In this document: piece after piece, positions 34,078 through 43,471 of the stretch
Position numbering within the stretch: position 1 is the first letter of the stretch
How the letters are laid out: every line of letters begins with the position of its first letter
Origin: a virus
Taxonomy: Duplodnaviria > Heunggongvirae > Uroviricota > Caudoviricetes
DNA length: 64,000 nt
Strand: one strand, 5' to 3'
Virus record (IMG/VR): IMGVR_UViG_3300033153_011579
Position numbers and translations under genes: made by a program
The notes under the pieces: generated by a model
What the model was told of the DNA's origin: nothing
Databases searched by the model: none
Seen by the model: only the letters and a program-made list of their open reading frames with translations

Positions 34078-34510
34078 CGTCCCGCTCCTTCGCCCGCTCG
34101 AGCGCGGCTTCGATGTACTCGTTCGCCTGCTGGCGCGCCTCGTCCGGTGGCTCGTCCTGCTGACGAAGATGCTCCGGTTTCTTCGCCTCGCGGTCGGCGG
34201 CGAGCTCCTCGGCCGTTGGCTCGTCTGGTTTTTCGAGGTTGAGCTCGGTGCGCCCCTCCTCGGAGGGAGGCGTGATGTCTGGCGCTATCCCCGCTCCGTG
34301 ACCGAACAGAAGGCCGTGCACGAACAAGCCCTCGATGGTCAGCAACAACGATGCTACGAACAACCACCGGAGCGTCTTCGCGTTCAACACCGGGTAGCCA
34401 GCCTTGATGCGACCCCTGATCCCGAGCGCCAGGAAGAAAGCCGTGATTCCAAACAGGATCGCCACGATGACGATCACCAGCACCTGCATCAGATAGTTCA
34501 GCGAAAGCAT
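34067..34510 (-). CDS. membrane protein (147 aa, 3 TM segments + acidic tail)
   Basis: Hydrophobic helices. Confidence 0.5.
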   Translation of the reverse strand: MLSLNYLMQVLVIVIVAILFGITAFFLALGIRGRIKAGYPVLNAKTLRWLFVASLLLTIEGLFVHGLLFGHGAGIAPDITPPSEEGRTELNLEKPDEPTAEELAADREAKKPEHLRQQDEPPDEARQQANEYIEAALERAKERDDGR

Positions 34511-34520
34511 CAGTTACCTC

Positions 34521-34922
34521 CTATGCCTTGATGATTTTCGAGGTCGGTGCCGAGCCGGCCATCATCACCTGCTCGGCTGCAACCCGGAAGCCGATCTGGA
34601 ACATCTTGGCCGCCTCCACCGGGAAGACGTTGTCGTACGTCGCACCGGTGGCCAGGACGTGCCTCGCAAACTGGTCTCCGCAGATCCGACCGACCAGACC
34701 GATCATGACGTTCTGCTCGAGGCCGCCGCGACACTGGATCCGCATGGTGTCGAAGATCGCATCCTCGATCGCCGGCAGGACGTCTTTCTTGGTGCGGTCG
34801 ATCAGGTTGGGAGTGTCCTTGCCGAGGTAGGAGTTTCCCAGATGCAGGAGGAACACACCCCAGATTTTGGTGAACTCCGTCACCTGCTTTTTGAGGTCTG
34901 CCGGAAAGGTATTAAAAGTCAT
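34521..34922 (-). CDS. hypothetical protein (133 aa)
   Basis: ORF. Confidence 0.45.
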   Translation of the reverse strand: MTFNTFPADLKKQVTEFTKIWGVFLLHLGNSYLGKDTPNLIDRTKKDVLPAIEDAIFDTMRIQCRGGLEQNVMIGLVGRICGDQFARHVLATGATYDNVFPVEAAKMFQIGFRVAAEQVMMAGSAPTSKIIKA

Positions 34923-35146
34923 CGGGCGTCTCCTTGCCGTCGCGACCTGTCGCGACCCAGCTCCTGGCTGAAGGCGATCGTCCCAGGAATCCACTCCATA
35001 TTTTTGGCGTTCGTTTTTACGATGTTGAAGCAGTCCTGCACGATGCGCGACAGCGACACCTCGTACTTGTCGGCCTGCGCTCGCATCTCATCGAGCAACC
35101 CCTCTGGCAGATAGATCGACTGTTTTCTTTTGTCTAATACGGCCAT
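34919..35146 (-). CDS. ribbon-helix-helix (Arc/CopG-like) DNA-binding protein (75 aa)
   Basis: MAVLDKRKQSIYLPEGLLDEMRAQADKYEVSLSRIVQDC shows the beta-strand + 2-helix RHH pattern. Confidence 0.45.
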   Translation of the reverse strand: MAVLDKRKQSIYLPEGLLDEMRAQADKYEVSLSRIVQDCFNIVKTNAKNMEWIPGTIAFSQELGRDRSRRQGDAR

Positions 35147-35147
35147 G

Positions 35148-35513
35148 TCAGTCACCTCCAAGCTTGAAGAGTGCGTCCATGAACCGCACGCCGGTCGAGA
35201 CGCACTTGAGCACGACCTTCGCTCCGTCCGACGGCAGCGTGTCGACCAGCTCGTCGAGAGCCTTGTAGTTGACACGGCCGGTCGCTGGGTCGAACGCAAT
35301 CTTTACCAGGCGCTCCTGATCCGGGGTCATCCCGGTATGGGTGTTCTTCTCGATGAGCTCGTCGTCTCTGATCGAAAACTCTCGACGAATCTCGGCGAGC
35401 TTCTGGGCCATGCTCGCCACCTCGTTCTCGGCACCCGGAGTCTGACTGTCGACGTGAGCCTTCAGCTTCTGGCAGAGGGCGACCGCCTGCTCTCTATTCA
35501 TCTTCGTCGGCAT
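35148..35513 (-). CDS. hypothetical protein (121 aa)
   Basis: ORF. Confidence 0.45.
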   Translation of the reverse strand: MPTKMNREQAVALCQKLKAHVDSQTPGAENEVASMAQKLAEIRREFSIRDDELIEKNTHTGMTPDQERLVKIAFDPATGRVNYKALDELVDTLPSDGAKVVLKCVSTGVRFMDALFKLGGD

Positions 35514-35751
35514 CGGCCTCTTCTTCCTCGTCCTCCTCGTCCTTCTCGTCGTCGTCGGCCGGAGCGGAGTCCGAGCTCTCCTCGACGAGGAAGATCAGAG
35601 TCAGCGTGTCCGCCTCGGCGTCCATATGCGGACGCACCGAGCAGTTCTCAGGGATGTCCGAAAATTCTTTCTTCGCCGCGACGATCAGGATGTTGACCAT
35701 CTCTTCGGTGCTGAACTCGACCTCGTTTTGAGATGTTTTTCTACGAATCAT
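35494..35751 (-). CDS. hypothetical protein with poly-acidic C-terminal tail (85 aa)
   Basis: ORF. Confidence 0.4.
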   Translation of the reverse strand: MIRRKTSQNEVEFSTEEMVNILIVAAKKEFSDIPENCSVRPHMDAEADTLTLIFLVEESSDSAPADDDEKDEEDEEEEADADEDE

Positions 35752-35953
35752 TTTCTGTCTCCTCGGTGATGTCCTCACAGTTTTTCTCGGCCATCTGGCA
35801 GAGAGCACATCTTCTCGCCAACCCGTTTTCCTCGTTCAAGTGAAGCTCGAATAAAAAGCACGACCAGAAGGGAGCGTCGCCACCGCGCCACGGACATTTG
35901 GGGTCGCAGTGCTGCGCTGTCAAGGGGACGATCGGTAGAAGGATCCGCCCCAT
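35741..35953 (-). CDS. Cys-rich small protein (70 aa)
   Basis: ORF; CDPKC...CALC. Confidence 0.4.
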   Translation of the reverse strand: MGRILLPIVPLTAQHCDPKCPWRGGDAPFWSCFLFELHLNEENGLARRCALCQMAEKNCEDITEETENDS

Positions 35954-35955
35954 CA

Positions 35956-36153
35956 TCAATTGCCCTTGTCCCAGGCGTCCCAGATTTTCTGTGTTTTCTG
36001 AATCACCTCGCCGAGCTCGTCGATGGATTCGATCTCGTCGGGCTCGAGCTGGGACGGCCCGCTGATGAGTTGGAGTTGTGCCAAATGTGCAGCCATCAGG
36101 TTCACGCAGCCGTCGCGAATGAATTTGTTGATCATCGACCGCTTGCTGATCAT
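35956..36153 (-). CDS. first gene of the leftward block (65 aa)
   Basis: RBS AGAGGA then ATG. Confidence 0.4.
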   Translation of the reverse strand: MISKRSMINKFIRDGCVNLMAAHLAQLQLISGPSQLEPDEIESIDELGEVIQKTQKIWDAWDKGN

Positions 36154-36465
36154 GGTGTTTCCTCTCGCCGCGGAGCCATCTAGCCACACCGTTACCTACA
36201 TGTCAACACAGTGGCAAAAAAACTTAGCACTTGACAGGGTGGGAGAGATGGATACAGTGTGTGCAATGTATTCAGAGGTATCACACTGCACTCGCCACCA
36301 CCACGCAGTTGCTAATAGGTGCTCATATAAAGGATCACCTATTGTTGTAGCACAGGTGTGTGTAGTACGGCATGCTACATGTCCCTACCCACCCCCCCCT
36401 AAAAAACGAAAAAAAACGAGTAGTTTAAAAAAAACGATCACCTCCGGTCACGTTCAAAGGATTTT
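36154..36465. promoter_or_regulatory. divergent intergenic control region (~310 bp, GC-poorer): TTGACA-like hexamers, 8-bp-stem palindrome AATAGGTG-N14-CACCTATT, GTAGCA-N20-TGCTAC, phased A-tracts (AAAAAACG x3)
   Basis: Only sizeable non-coding stretch in the window; lies between opposite-facing gene blocks. Confidence 0.6.
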
Positions 36466-37026
36466 ATGAAAATGCATGAGCACAATTTCACAGTCCAGTT
36501 GCGCGATAAAGAAGGCGGGGTCCTCGCCGAGGTCATCACCACAGCGACCGCCATGCGCGCTGGTGAGAAAAAACGCCTGCTCGAAGGCGTTCCCGAGCTC
36601 GAGATGAAGCCCCCCGGCAGCCTTTTCGTCGGCGACACCCTCCTGCGAGATCAGGAAGTAGTCGACCACGAGGAAAAATTCGACATCTGGCTCGATGTGA
36701 AAGAGGTGTTCGACAAGGTCGAGGACGACCCCGACCGGCTACCCGGGAAAGTCTGCCACAACTGCTACATCTGGGACCACGCCGAGGGCAAGCGTATTTT
36801 CACGATGCCGACCCACCGGTACGACAACGGGTCCTTTGCGATGTACGAGGAGATCACCAAGGCCGTTTCTGCGAAAAACCACGCGCGGACCTTGACCCCC
36901 GACAACGTCGGCTACTGCTCGAGCCACCTGAAGCTCTGCGCCGAGTCGGGGGTCGCCTGCAAGAACTACGACCCGAAGCCGTGGATCGCTCGATTTCGTA
37001 ACTGGTGGATCAGGGCGTTCAGATAA
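36466..37026 (+). CDS. hypothetical protein (186 aa)
   Basis: First gene of the rightward late block. Confidence 0.5.
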   Translation: MKMHEHNFTVQLRDKEGGVLAEVITTATAMRAGEKKRLLEGVPELEMKPPGSLFVGDTLLRDQEVVDHEEKFDIWLDVKEVFDKVEDDPDRLPGKVCHNCYIWDHAEGKRIFTMPTHRYDNGSFAMYEEITKAVSAKNHARTLTPDNVGYCSSHLKLCAESGVACKNYDPKPWIARFRNWWIRAFR

Positions 37027-37586
37027 TGACGGACTTCAAAACACGCCGGGGCGACATCCCCGTACGCACCGAGCAGGAGCTGCTCGATGAACACTGGGTC
37101 TGCGCCTTCTGCCACGAAAAAACCCACGGGCCCGACTGCACCCACTGCGGGTCGCCTCGTCAGGACGCCCTGATCGTCGTGCCCGACGGCGAGGTCGGCG
37201 AGGAGCTGATCGAACGTCTTCGCACCAACCGCCGCTGTGGACACTGCGTCTATTTTTCGCACCGCAAAGGCCAGGAAGAGATGAACTCCCCCAGGGAGCA
37301 ACTCTTCCTCAAGCTCATCAAAGAGATGGAGATGCGGGAGGTCGCCGCCAACATGGACTGGAAGCTCGCCGGACTCTGCGAGCAGTGGTCCGGTGGTCAG
37401 GAAGACCTCTTCATCACCTGCGCCAACTCCCCGGCGCGCTGTGCCAAGAAACACCTCGGCGATGTGCCGTACGCCGAGAAAGATCAGAACGTCGAGTGCC
37501 CCGCGTACAAACCCCGCGGTGGCGACGGCAAGGAGATCCGGTCGTATCGCATGGTCAAGAACTCCAGAACGGTGGGGACCGACTGA
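37026..37586 (+). CDS. Cys-rich protein (186 aa; CAFCHEKTHGPDCTHCG ... CGHC)
   Basis: TAATG overlap. Confidence 0.5.
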   Translation: MTDFKTRRGDIPVRTEQELLDEHWVCAFCHEKTHGPDCTHCGSPRQDALIVVPDGEVGEELIERLRTNRRCGHCVYFSHRKGQEEMNSPREQLFLKLIKEMEMREVAANMDWKLAGLCEQWSGGQEDLFITCANSPARCAKKHLGDVPYAEKDQNVECPAYKPRGGDGKEIRSYRMVKNSRTVGTD

Positions 37587-37780
37587 TGCCACCCAAATCA
37601 AAGGTCGTGACGTATCCCTGGACGCCGCAAGACGAAGAGCGAATCTCGCGGATCACCCAGGGCCTCGAGAACCACCAGATGAACTTCTTCCCACCTGGAA
37701 AGCTCCCGAGGACGAAGCTCATCTACCTGCTGATCCATCGCGGTATGGAGGCGATCGAAAAGGAGCTCGGTCTTGATTAA
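37586..37780 (+). CDS. small hypothetical protein (64 aa)
   Basis: TGATG overlap. Confidence 0.4.
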   Translation: MPPKSKVVTYPWTPQDEERISRITQGLENHQMNFFPPGKLPRTKLIYLLIHRGMEAIEKELGLD

Positions 37781-38246
37781 TTTGGCATCGCCGCGTCAGG
37801 GTGCTCTGGCCGATCTTCTCTCCACTGGAGAGTTACTCCCGATGGTCCTGGTCGCCCTCGGCCTGGCGATCGTCATCACGTGCACCAGGGCCGGCTACCC
37901 GCTCCGCTTCCTGTGGTGCATGCTCTTCAACTTCCGCTTCACCAGGTGGCTCTGGAACCTCGTGCTCTGCCCTCACTGCTGCTCGTTCTGGACCGGCTTC
38001 GCCGTTGGGTATGCGGTCACGGGTGACTGGATAAAAACCATACAGATCGCCGTCACGGCGTGCGGCGTCATGTACGTGCTCCAGAAGACTTTCTCACGAG
38101 ACCGCATTGTCGCCGCCGACCGTGTCCACGGCGACAGGTGGGTCTTGGATGTTCGCGGCGTAGCGTTTGAACCCCCTGAGGATTTCGAAGAGATCCTCGG
38201 TATAAAAAACGGTTTGAAGGAGACTCCAGATGACGAAGATGGGTAA
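37773..38246 (+). CDS. integral membrane protein (157 aa)
   Basis: Multiple hydrophobic helices. Confidence 0.5.
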   Translation: MINLASPRQGALADLLSTGELLPMVLVALGLAIVITCTRAGYPLRFLWCMLFNFRFTRWLWNLVLCPHCCSFWTGFAVGYAVTGDWIKTIQIAVTACGVMYVLQKTFSRDRIVAADRVHGDRWVLDVRGVAFEPPEDFEEILGIKNGLKETPDDEDG

Positions 38247-40275
38247 ACAACTCGGGGAAGCACTCGAAAAGAGCTTCGACAGAACCATCAGGGATTTCAG
38301 AACCGAGAGCCGGTCCACCGGCACCACGGGCCTCGATGCGCTCGAGCAGCTCGGGAGGGAGTTCGAAACCGTCAGCGTCAACATACATAGGAAAAACGAG
38401 CACGGTAAGTACACCCTGTTCTCTCCACTCGAGGGCGTGGCCGTCGCCGACCTCCTGCAGCAGGGGTACGACGTCTTTTGCAAGAACGAGGGCGGCGAGG
38501 GCGACTACAAGGTGGAGGTTGTCATCCCGGCGAAGGAGCCGGGGAAGCCACCCGTCCGTCGCTGGGAGGGGCCGTTCATCGTGAGCGGCACGCCGCGGCT
38601 CGAGGTCTCCAAGACCGAGATGTCCAAGCAACAGAACAGTTTCGGATTTCCGTTCAACATGATGAGCGGCCTCCCCGCGAACACCGCCGCCGCCGGCAAC
38701 CAGGGAGGAGCTCCCTACGTCCGCGACCTGCTCCAGCAGATGAACAAGTCCTCCGAGAGCCAGAACAACATGGTGCAGCAGATGATGGGCCTCATGATGA
38801 TGAAGGACATGATGCCCGGCGCGGACCAGAAGAAGAACGGCGAGACCGACGCCAATAACCCGGCCGTGCTCGCGCTCCAGACCCAGGTCAGCGAGGTGAC
38901 CCGACGGCTCGACGACGAGCGCCGACGGTCGGAGGACGACCGCCGATCTCGAGATCAGGAAAAGCGTATCGAGGCCGCCGAGCGACGCGCCGAGGAGAAC
39001 CACCGAGAGGTACTCCGCCTGCTCGACAACAACAAGACCACCGAGACCATCGAGCTCATGAAGCTCCAGCGCGACGGCCAGGGCTCCAAGGACGACTCGT
39101 TCCTCAAGCTGATGGCCATGAACCGTGAGGATTCCAACCAGTCCCAGGCGCGGTTCGACGGGCTCATGATGAAGCTGTTCGACAAGCCAGACGGCGTCGA
39201 CCAGAGCTCGAAGGTCATGGGCATGATGATGGAGTCGTCCGTCGCCCAGCTCAACATGATGACCCAGATCGCCGCGAGCGGTCTCGCCGGAGGTTCCGAA
39301 AACCCGTGGATCGACCTCGTCCGCGAAGGGGTCGGCACGGTCAAGGAAGGTTTCAAGGGCGTCCTCGCCATGAAGTACGGCATCGACATGGACGGCGACG
39401 ACGAGGACGGCGAAGATGGCGAAGAGGCCCCGGCCCCCCTCACCCAGCACGTCCCGCCGGCGAAGATCGAAGCGCGGACCGACCCGGAGACCGGAGAGGC
39501 GGTACCGGAAGAAGCACAGACCACCGTCGACCAGCCGGCTCCAGAAGAAGACACCGAGGACGAAATCCCGCAGAGCGCGCTCGACGACGCCGACGAGCTC
39601 AAAAAATACATCCTCACCGACGACGAGCTCACGGGGCTCGCGCAAAACCGGCAGACGCAAAAAATCCTCAAGGCCGTCGAGGAGAAGGACTATCCGCAGG
39701 CCACCGCCCGGATCTTCGAGCGCGTCCGTGGCAAGTCGCCCGTCCACAAGCGCTGGCTCAAAGCCCCCGGCCCGCTCACCGCGCAGATCCTCACGCACTT
39801 CGGGCTCACGCACCACATGTTCGCGATGACCCAGAACCTGATCGACTTCATCGGCCATATGAACGGCGGTGGAAATCCGAACGACTGGTCCGAGAACTAC
39901 AAGCCGGTCAAGGAAAAGAAGGAGAGCAAGATGAAACCCGACAACCCCGCAGCCACCGAGCTGGGCGTGACCATGGGCGAGCGCAAGGAAGGCGAGGACT
40001 ACGACGCGTCGAAGGTTCCCGACGATCCCAAGCTGGCCGAGCTGGCCGAGCAGCAGCGAGCTCTGCGCGAAGAGAAGAACGTGCTCGACCAGATGGAGCA
40101 GATCGAAGAGAACATCGGGTTGCTCAAGGAAGGGAAGATCGACCCGCAGCGCGCGGCGTTCCTGCGCACGGAGAAGAAGCTCCCGGCGTCCGGAGAAGAG
40201 GACGAGGCGCTCAAGGAGATCGCAAAGCTGCGGCACGACATAAAGAAGCAGCAGGCCGAGGAGGGGAGGGCTTAA
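38230..40275 (+). CDS. large low-complexity coiled-coil protein (681 aa; Q/M/E/K-rich) - candidate scaffolding or assembly protein
   Basis: Strong GC3 bias. Overlapping alternative-frame and antisense ORFs (39306-40511 +, 38068-40236 -) were rejected as artefacts. Confidence 0.5.
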   Translation: MTKMGKQLGEALEKSFDRTIRDFRTESRSTGTTGLDALEQLGREFETVSVNIHRKNEHGKYTLFSPLEGVAVADLLQQGYDVFCKNEGGEGDYKVEVVIPAKEPGKPPVRRWEGPFIVSGTPRLEVSKTEMSKQQNSFGFPFNMMSGLPANTAAAGNQGGAPYVRDLLQQMNKSSESQNNMVQQMMGLMMMKDMMPGADQKKNGETDANNPAVLALQTQVSEVTRRLDDERRRSEDDRRSRDQEKRIEAAERRAEENHREVLRLLDNNKTTETIELMKLQRDGQGSKDDSFLKLMAMNREDSNQSQARFDGLMMKLFDKPDGVDQSSKVMGMMMESSVAQLNMMTQIAASGLAGGSENPWIDLVREGVGTVKEGFKGVLAMKYGIDMDGDDEDGEDGEEAPAPLTQHVPPAKIEARTDPETGEAVPEEAQTTVDQPAPEEDTEDEIPQSALDDADELKKYILTDDELTGLAQNRQTQKILKAVEEKDYPQATARIFERVRGKSPVHKRWLKAPGPLTAQILTHFGLTHHMFAMTQNLIDFIGHMNGGGNPNDWSENYKPVKEKKESKMKPDNPAATELGVTMGERKEGEDYDASKVPDDPKLAELAEQQRALREEKNVLDQMEQIEENIGLLKEGKIDPQRAAFLRTEKKLPASGEEDEALKEIAKLRHDIKKQQAEEGRA

Positions 40276-40511
40276 TGGTCAACCACCAGGACCTGATGAA
40301 GCAGGCCGAGGCCATCTTCATCTTCTTCGAGCGAGAGGTGGAAAAATACGAGCGCGACCAGGGCGCACAGATGCTGACCGACAAGCCCACCAGAGAGGTG
40401 TGTCGGAAGACGCTGGTCGCCGCCGGGAACTACATCGCGAGAGCTATCGACGACCTCACCAAGATCGACGAGCACGAAGAGCTGCAGAAGAAGCAGCATC
40501 AGGAAGGGTAA
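40275..40511 (+). CDS. hypothetical protein (78 aa)
   Basis: TAATG overlap. Confidence 0.45.
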   Translation: MVNHQDLMKQAEAIFIFFEREVEKYERDQGAQMLTDKPTREVCRKTLVAAGNYIARAIDDLTKIDEHEELQKKQHQEG

Positions 40512-40512
40512 A

Positions 40513-40872
40513 ATGAAAGTCATCATCCACCCGCTTGGCGAGCGCGTACTCGTCGAGCCGTTCGACCTCGAAGGGGCGACCGCCGCCGGCGTCATCATCC
40601 CGCTCTCCAAGGGCTCCCACAAGCTCGGGAAGATAGTCGCCGTCGGCGACGACCTCGAGCCGTTGTGTGAAGAGACCGAAGCGGAGAGCGAGCTCGACGA
40701 CGACGAGGAGCTCGACCCCGTGAGCTCTTGGGGCCCCCCCCCTGTCGCGGTCGGCGACAGCATCATCTACAACCGCTTCCTCCCGCTCATCCTCCCCACC
40801 GATGATTCGAAAATCGAGAAGCACATGGTTGCGCTCGAGGACATCCAGGGCCGGGTCGAGATCGAAAAGTGA
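40513..40872 (+). CDS. GroES/Cpn10-like co-chaperonin (119 aa, with insertion)
   Basis: MKVIIHPLGERVLVEP...TAAGVIIPLS...GKIVAVGDD...VGDSIIYNRF...HMVALEDIQGRVE follows the Cpn10 beta-barrel pattern and mobile loop. Confidence 0.6.
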   Translation: MKVIIHPLGERVLVEPFDLEGATAAGVIIPLSKGSHKLGKIVAVGDDLEPLCEETEAESELDDDEELDPVSSWGPPPVAVGDSIIYNRFLPLILPTDDSKIEKHMVALEDIQGRVEIEK

Positions 40873-40874
40873 AC

Positions 40875-41207
40875 ATGTTCGAAAAACCGGTGGTCGTCGG
40901 GCCGCTGAGAGAGGAAGAGAAAATGTCAGCAGATAGAACCATCGACGCGGGGAAGGCGCGAGAGGCTGCCAAGGAGATCGGGGGACTCTTCTACGAGACC
41001 AAGGTGCAGACCAAGAAGCAGGCACGTGAGGTCGCACTCAGGATGGCCGATATGCCGATCGACTGGCACGGTATCATCGAGATCGTCGAGGACGGCCTCT
41101 TCGTGCACCACGGCTCACTCGAGACGGTAAAGTTGCTCCAGATTGCCGAGGGTGCCTGGACCGACCAGACGCTGGCCCTCACGTTTGTCGGCAAGCTGTT
41201 CGACTGA
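40875..41207 (+). CDS. hypothetical protein (110 aa)
   Basis: ORF. Confidence 0.5.
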   Translation: MFEKPVVVGPLREEEKMSADRTIDAGKAREAAKEIGGLFYETKVQTKKQAREVALRMADMPIDWHGIIEIVEDGLFVHHGSLETVKLLQIAEGAWTDQTLALTFVGKLFD

Positions 41208-41348
41208 TCCTCAGCGAAAAACACCAATTCACGAAAAAAAAGAAGTCGTCCCAACACCCTGATAATCATGGGCAAACTCCTTAACAAGCCCATGTGTGCA
41301 AAAAAACACACTTGACTACAATGTGAGATATAGATTACACCAACACAC
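41208..41348 (+). promoter_or_regulatory. A/T-rich intergenic region with TTGACT...TATAGAT promoter-like hexamers and palindrome GTGTGCAAAAAAACACAC
   Basis: Shares TGTGTGCAA with the 36.2-kb control region. Confidence 0.4.
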
Positions 41349-41951
41349 ATGAACCCAGAGGTGCATCGTGGGGTCACGAGCATCAAGCAACGACTCGACC
41401 TGATAGCACAAAGGATCGATGTCAGCGTTCGTAGACCCCAGAAATCCTTAGACGGACGGCAGTTCATGCTCAAGGATTTCACTCACTTCATCGTTCGCGG
41501 TACCCCACAACACGGCCCAGCATCAGAAGAAGAGCCCATCAACGCGGTGTTCAGCTACGTGAAAAACAACATCGAGTACCGCCAGGATCCGACGGGCTAC
41601 GACTACTACATGGGTGCCGGGCGCATCATCAACTCCAAGGCCGGCGACTGCGACGACCTCACCATCATCATCTGCGCGATGCTCGACAGCATCGGCTACC
41701 GCACTGGAGCTCGGGTGATCTCTCCCGACGGGCACCAGTGGCACATCTACTCGCTCGCCGGGGTCGACCCTGCGTTCAACGGGGAGCCCTCGAGAGTCGT
41801 ACCGCTCGACGCTGCCTACGGTGACGAGCCCGGCTGGGAGCCGTCGAACAGATTTCGAAAGTACGAGCAGCAATGCACCTTCTTTAAGGGCAAGGTCGTT
41901 GGCTACAAGGTCGTCCGGGACGGCGGGTCCTGGTTCAATTTTTTCAGGTAG
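41349..41951 (+). CDS. transglutaminase-like (papain-fold Cys protease) domain protein
   Basis: AGDCDDLTIIICAMLDSIGYRTGARVIS...GHQWHIYS...D shows a Cys-His-Asp arrangement typical of transglutaminase-like domains. Confidence 0.5.
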   Translation: MNPEVHRGVTSIKQRLDLIAQRIDVSVRRPQKSLDGRQFMLKDFTHFIVRGTPQHGPASEEEPINAVFSYVKNNIEYRQDPTGYDYYMGAGRIINSKAGDCDDLTIIICAMLDSIGYRTGARVISPDGHQWHIYSLAGVDPAFNGEPSRVVPLDAAYGDEPGWEPSNRFRKYEQQCTFFKGKVVGYKVVRDGGSWFNFFR

Positions 41952-41961
41952 GAGGGTACCA

Positions 41962-42927
41962 ATGGCCGTCAGGAATCCCAGTCTCGCCGCGCAGAACATG
42001 CCGCCCGAGTTTCGTTTCAAACCGACCAAAATCTATTACGACAAGCCGCCACGGAACACCGTCTACGAGGACGCCCTGGGGTCCGGTGGGAAAGCCCCGA
42101 TCGACCCGCGCCTCCAGCGGCTGCTCGACCCGATCACCTGGAAGTCCGACCGCTCGCCGGTCGCCAACATGCAGCAGAGCGCGCACGGCGTGATCTCGAA
42201 ACTCATCCACGAACACAAGCACTCGCAGACCCCCCGCACCATCATCCGCAAGAACGTCCCGAAGATAACGATCAACACGAGGCACGAAGAGCAGCCCGGA
42301 GCTCGCCAGCCGCTCATGCGCGGCAACCGCACCCCGCAGCAGGTGGCGCGCGGTGTGAAGACCACGCACAGGCCCGTCAGGCCGGGTCCGGACATCAACA
42401 AGATCAACGCCATCCTCGACCCACGGCGTGGCTTCAAGCCCGGGTCGGCCGAGGCGTACCGCAACCTCCTGATGCAGGCCACCCCGGAGTCGGTCGAGCA
42501 GATCGCCGCGAAGGCGGAGCGCGCTGCAGAAAAGCGCGAGGAGCCCACGACGTCCATCGGCAGTCACCAGTTCACCGACGCGGAGCTCCAGGCGGCCCCC
42601 CCCGGTCTGATCAAGGTGATGGTCGACCGCGAACTTCAACGACGCACCAAGAAGAACAAGCCGCGCGTGATGTTCGACCCGAGAGAATCTCGCGGTCTGT
42701 CGACACACGGGCAGTACACCACCATCCCGCGACCTGGTCTCGTCGAGTTCGAGCCCGGGAAGTTCATGCGGCCCGAGCAGCTCGGCATGACGGCAAACGA
42801 AGCGGTGGTCGCGATGGATTCCAACGGTCAGCCGAAGCCGAAGGTCGGCGGCGGGTCGATCCTCCTCGGCCTCGGTGCCGCGGCTCTCGCGATCCTCGGC
42901 CTCTCGATGGTAGTGGGTGGGAGATAG
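41962..42927 (+). CDS. hypothetical protein with C-terminal TM anchor (321 aa)
   Basis: ORF; C-terminal GGGSILLGLGAAALAILGLSMVVGG. Confidence 0.5.
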   Translation: MAVRNPSLAAQNMPPEFRFKPTKIYYDKPPRNTVYEDALGSGGKAPIDPRLQRLLDPITWKSDRSPVANMQQSAHGVISKLIHEHKHSQTPRTIIRKNVPKITINTRHEEQPGARQPLMRGNRTPQQVARGVKTTHRPVRPGPDINKINAILDPRRGFKPGSAEAYRNLLMQATPESVEQIAAKAERAAEKREEPTTSIGSHQFTDAELQAAPPGLIKVMVDRELQRRTKKNKPRVMFDPRESRGLSTHGQYTTIPRPGLVEFEPGKFMRPEQLGMTANEAVVAMDSNGQPKPKVGGGSILLGLGAAALAILGLSMVVGGR

Positions 42928-42928
42928 C

Positions 42929-43279
42929 GTGGGCGACGTCATCACACTGGACGGCCTCGACTCCACGACACTCTCCGGCACGAAGTGCGGGAAGCTCGTG
43001 TCGATCAACGCTCCGATGCTCGGGCAGAGCGTCCAGGTGTGCGAAACTGACGTCAGCCGCATGGCAGGCCTCGCGGGCGTCAAGCGCCGTCCTGGCCGCC
43101 CCAAGAACACCACCGTCAAGAACGGAGCGCGCAAGCCCCGGTTCAAGGGCTGCGGCTCTACCAAGGTAGTGAAGACCAAAAAAGGGAAGAAGATCTGTAA
43201 GTGTGCAGATCGTGGAAACGGGCAGATCCTGCCCCATAAATCCTGTGGGTTGGGAAAGCCCACGAAAAGGAGTCGATGA
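42929..43279 (+). CDS. basic AT-hook-containing protein (117 aa; GTG start)
   Basis: KRRPGRPKN AT-hook core plus Lys/Arg-rich, Cys-containing tail. Confidence 0.45.
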   Translation: MGDVITLDGLDSTTLSGTKCGKLVSINAPMLGQSVQVCETDVSRMAGLAGVKRRPGRPKNTTVKNGARKPRFKGCGSTKVVKTKKGKKICKCADRGNGQILPHKSCGLGKPTKRSR

Positions 43280-43398
43280 TGGCCAGACGGAAGAAGAAGA
43301 AGGGTATCCGCACTGCTTCGGGTCGCTGCCGGTTCGGCAAGGTCAAGAAGGGCCGCCGGAAGGGCGCTTGCCTCAAGTCCAAGCGCGCCCGCAAGTAG
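43276..43398 (+). CDS. ultrabasic mini-protein (40 aa; MMARRKKKKGIRTASGRCRFGKVKKGRRKGACLKSKRARK)
   Basis: ATGA overlap; >50% K/R. Confidence 0.35.
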   Translation: MMARRKKKKGIRTASGRCRFGKVKKGRRKGACLKSKRARK

Positions 43399-43471
43399 CC
43401 TTCGCCTGCTCTTTTAGCGGGCGGAACACACCGCAGCAGGCGAGTGATCCGCCCTGCGGAAGGAGGAGAAC

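Noticed and set aside
36154-36465. tRNA genes in the two intergenic islands (36154-36465 and 41208-41348).
   Set aside because: No cloverleaf-compatible sequence and no GTTC-type T-loop found by eye.
38068-40511. The very long antisense ORF 38068-40236 (-) of 722 aa, and the Arg-rich alternative-frame ORF 39306-40511 (+) of 401 aa.
   Set aside because: Both overlap the 681-aa sense ORF, which has the GC3 codon bias. High GC suppresses stop codons in non-coding frames.
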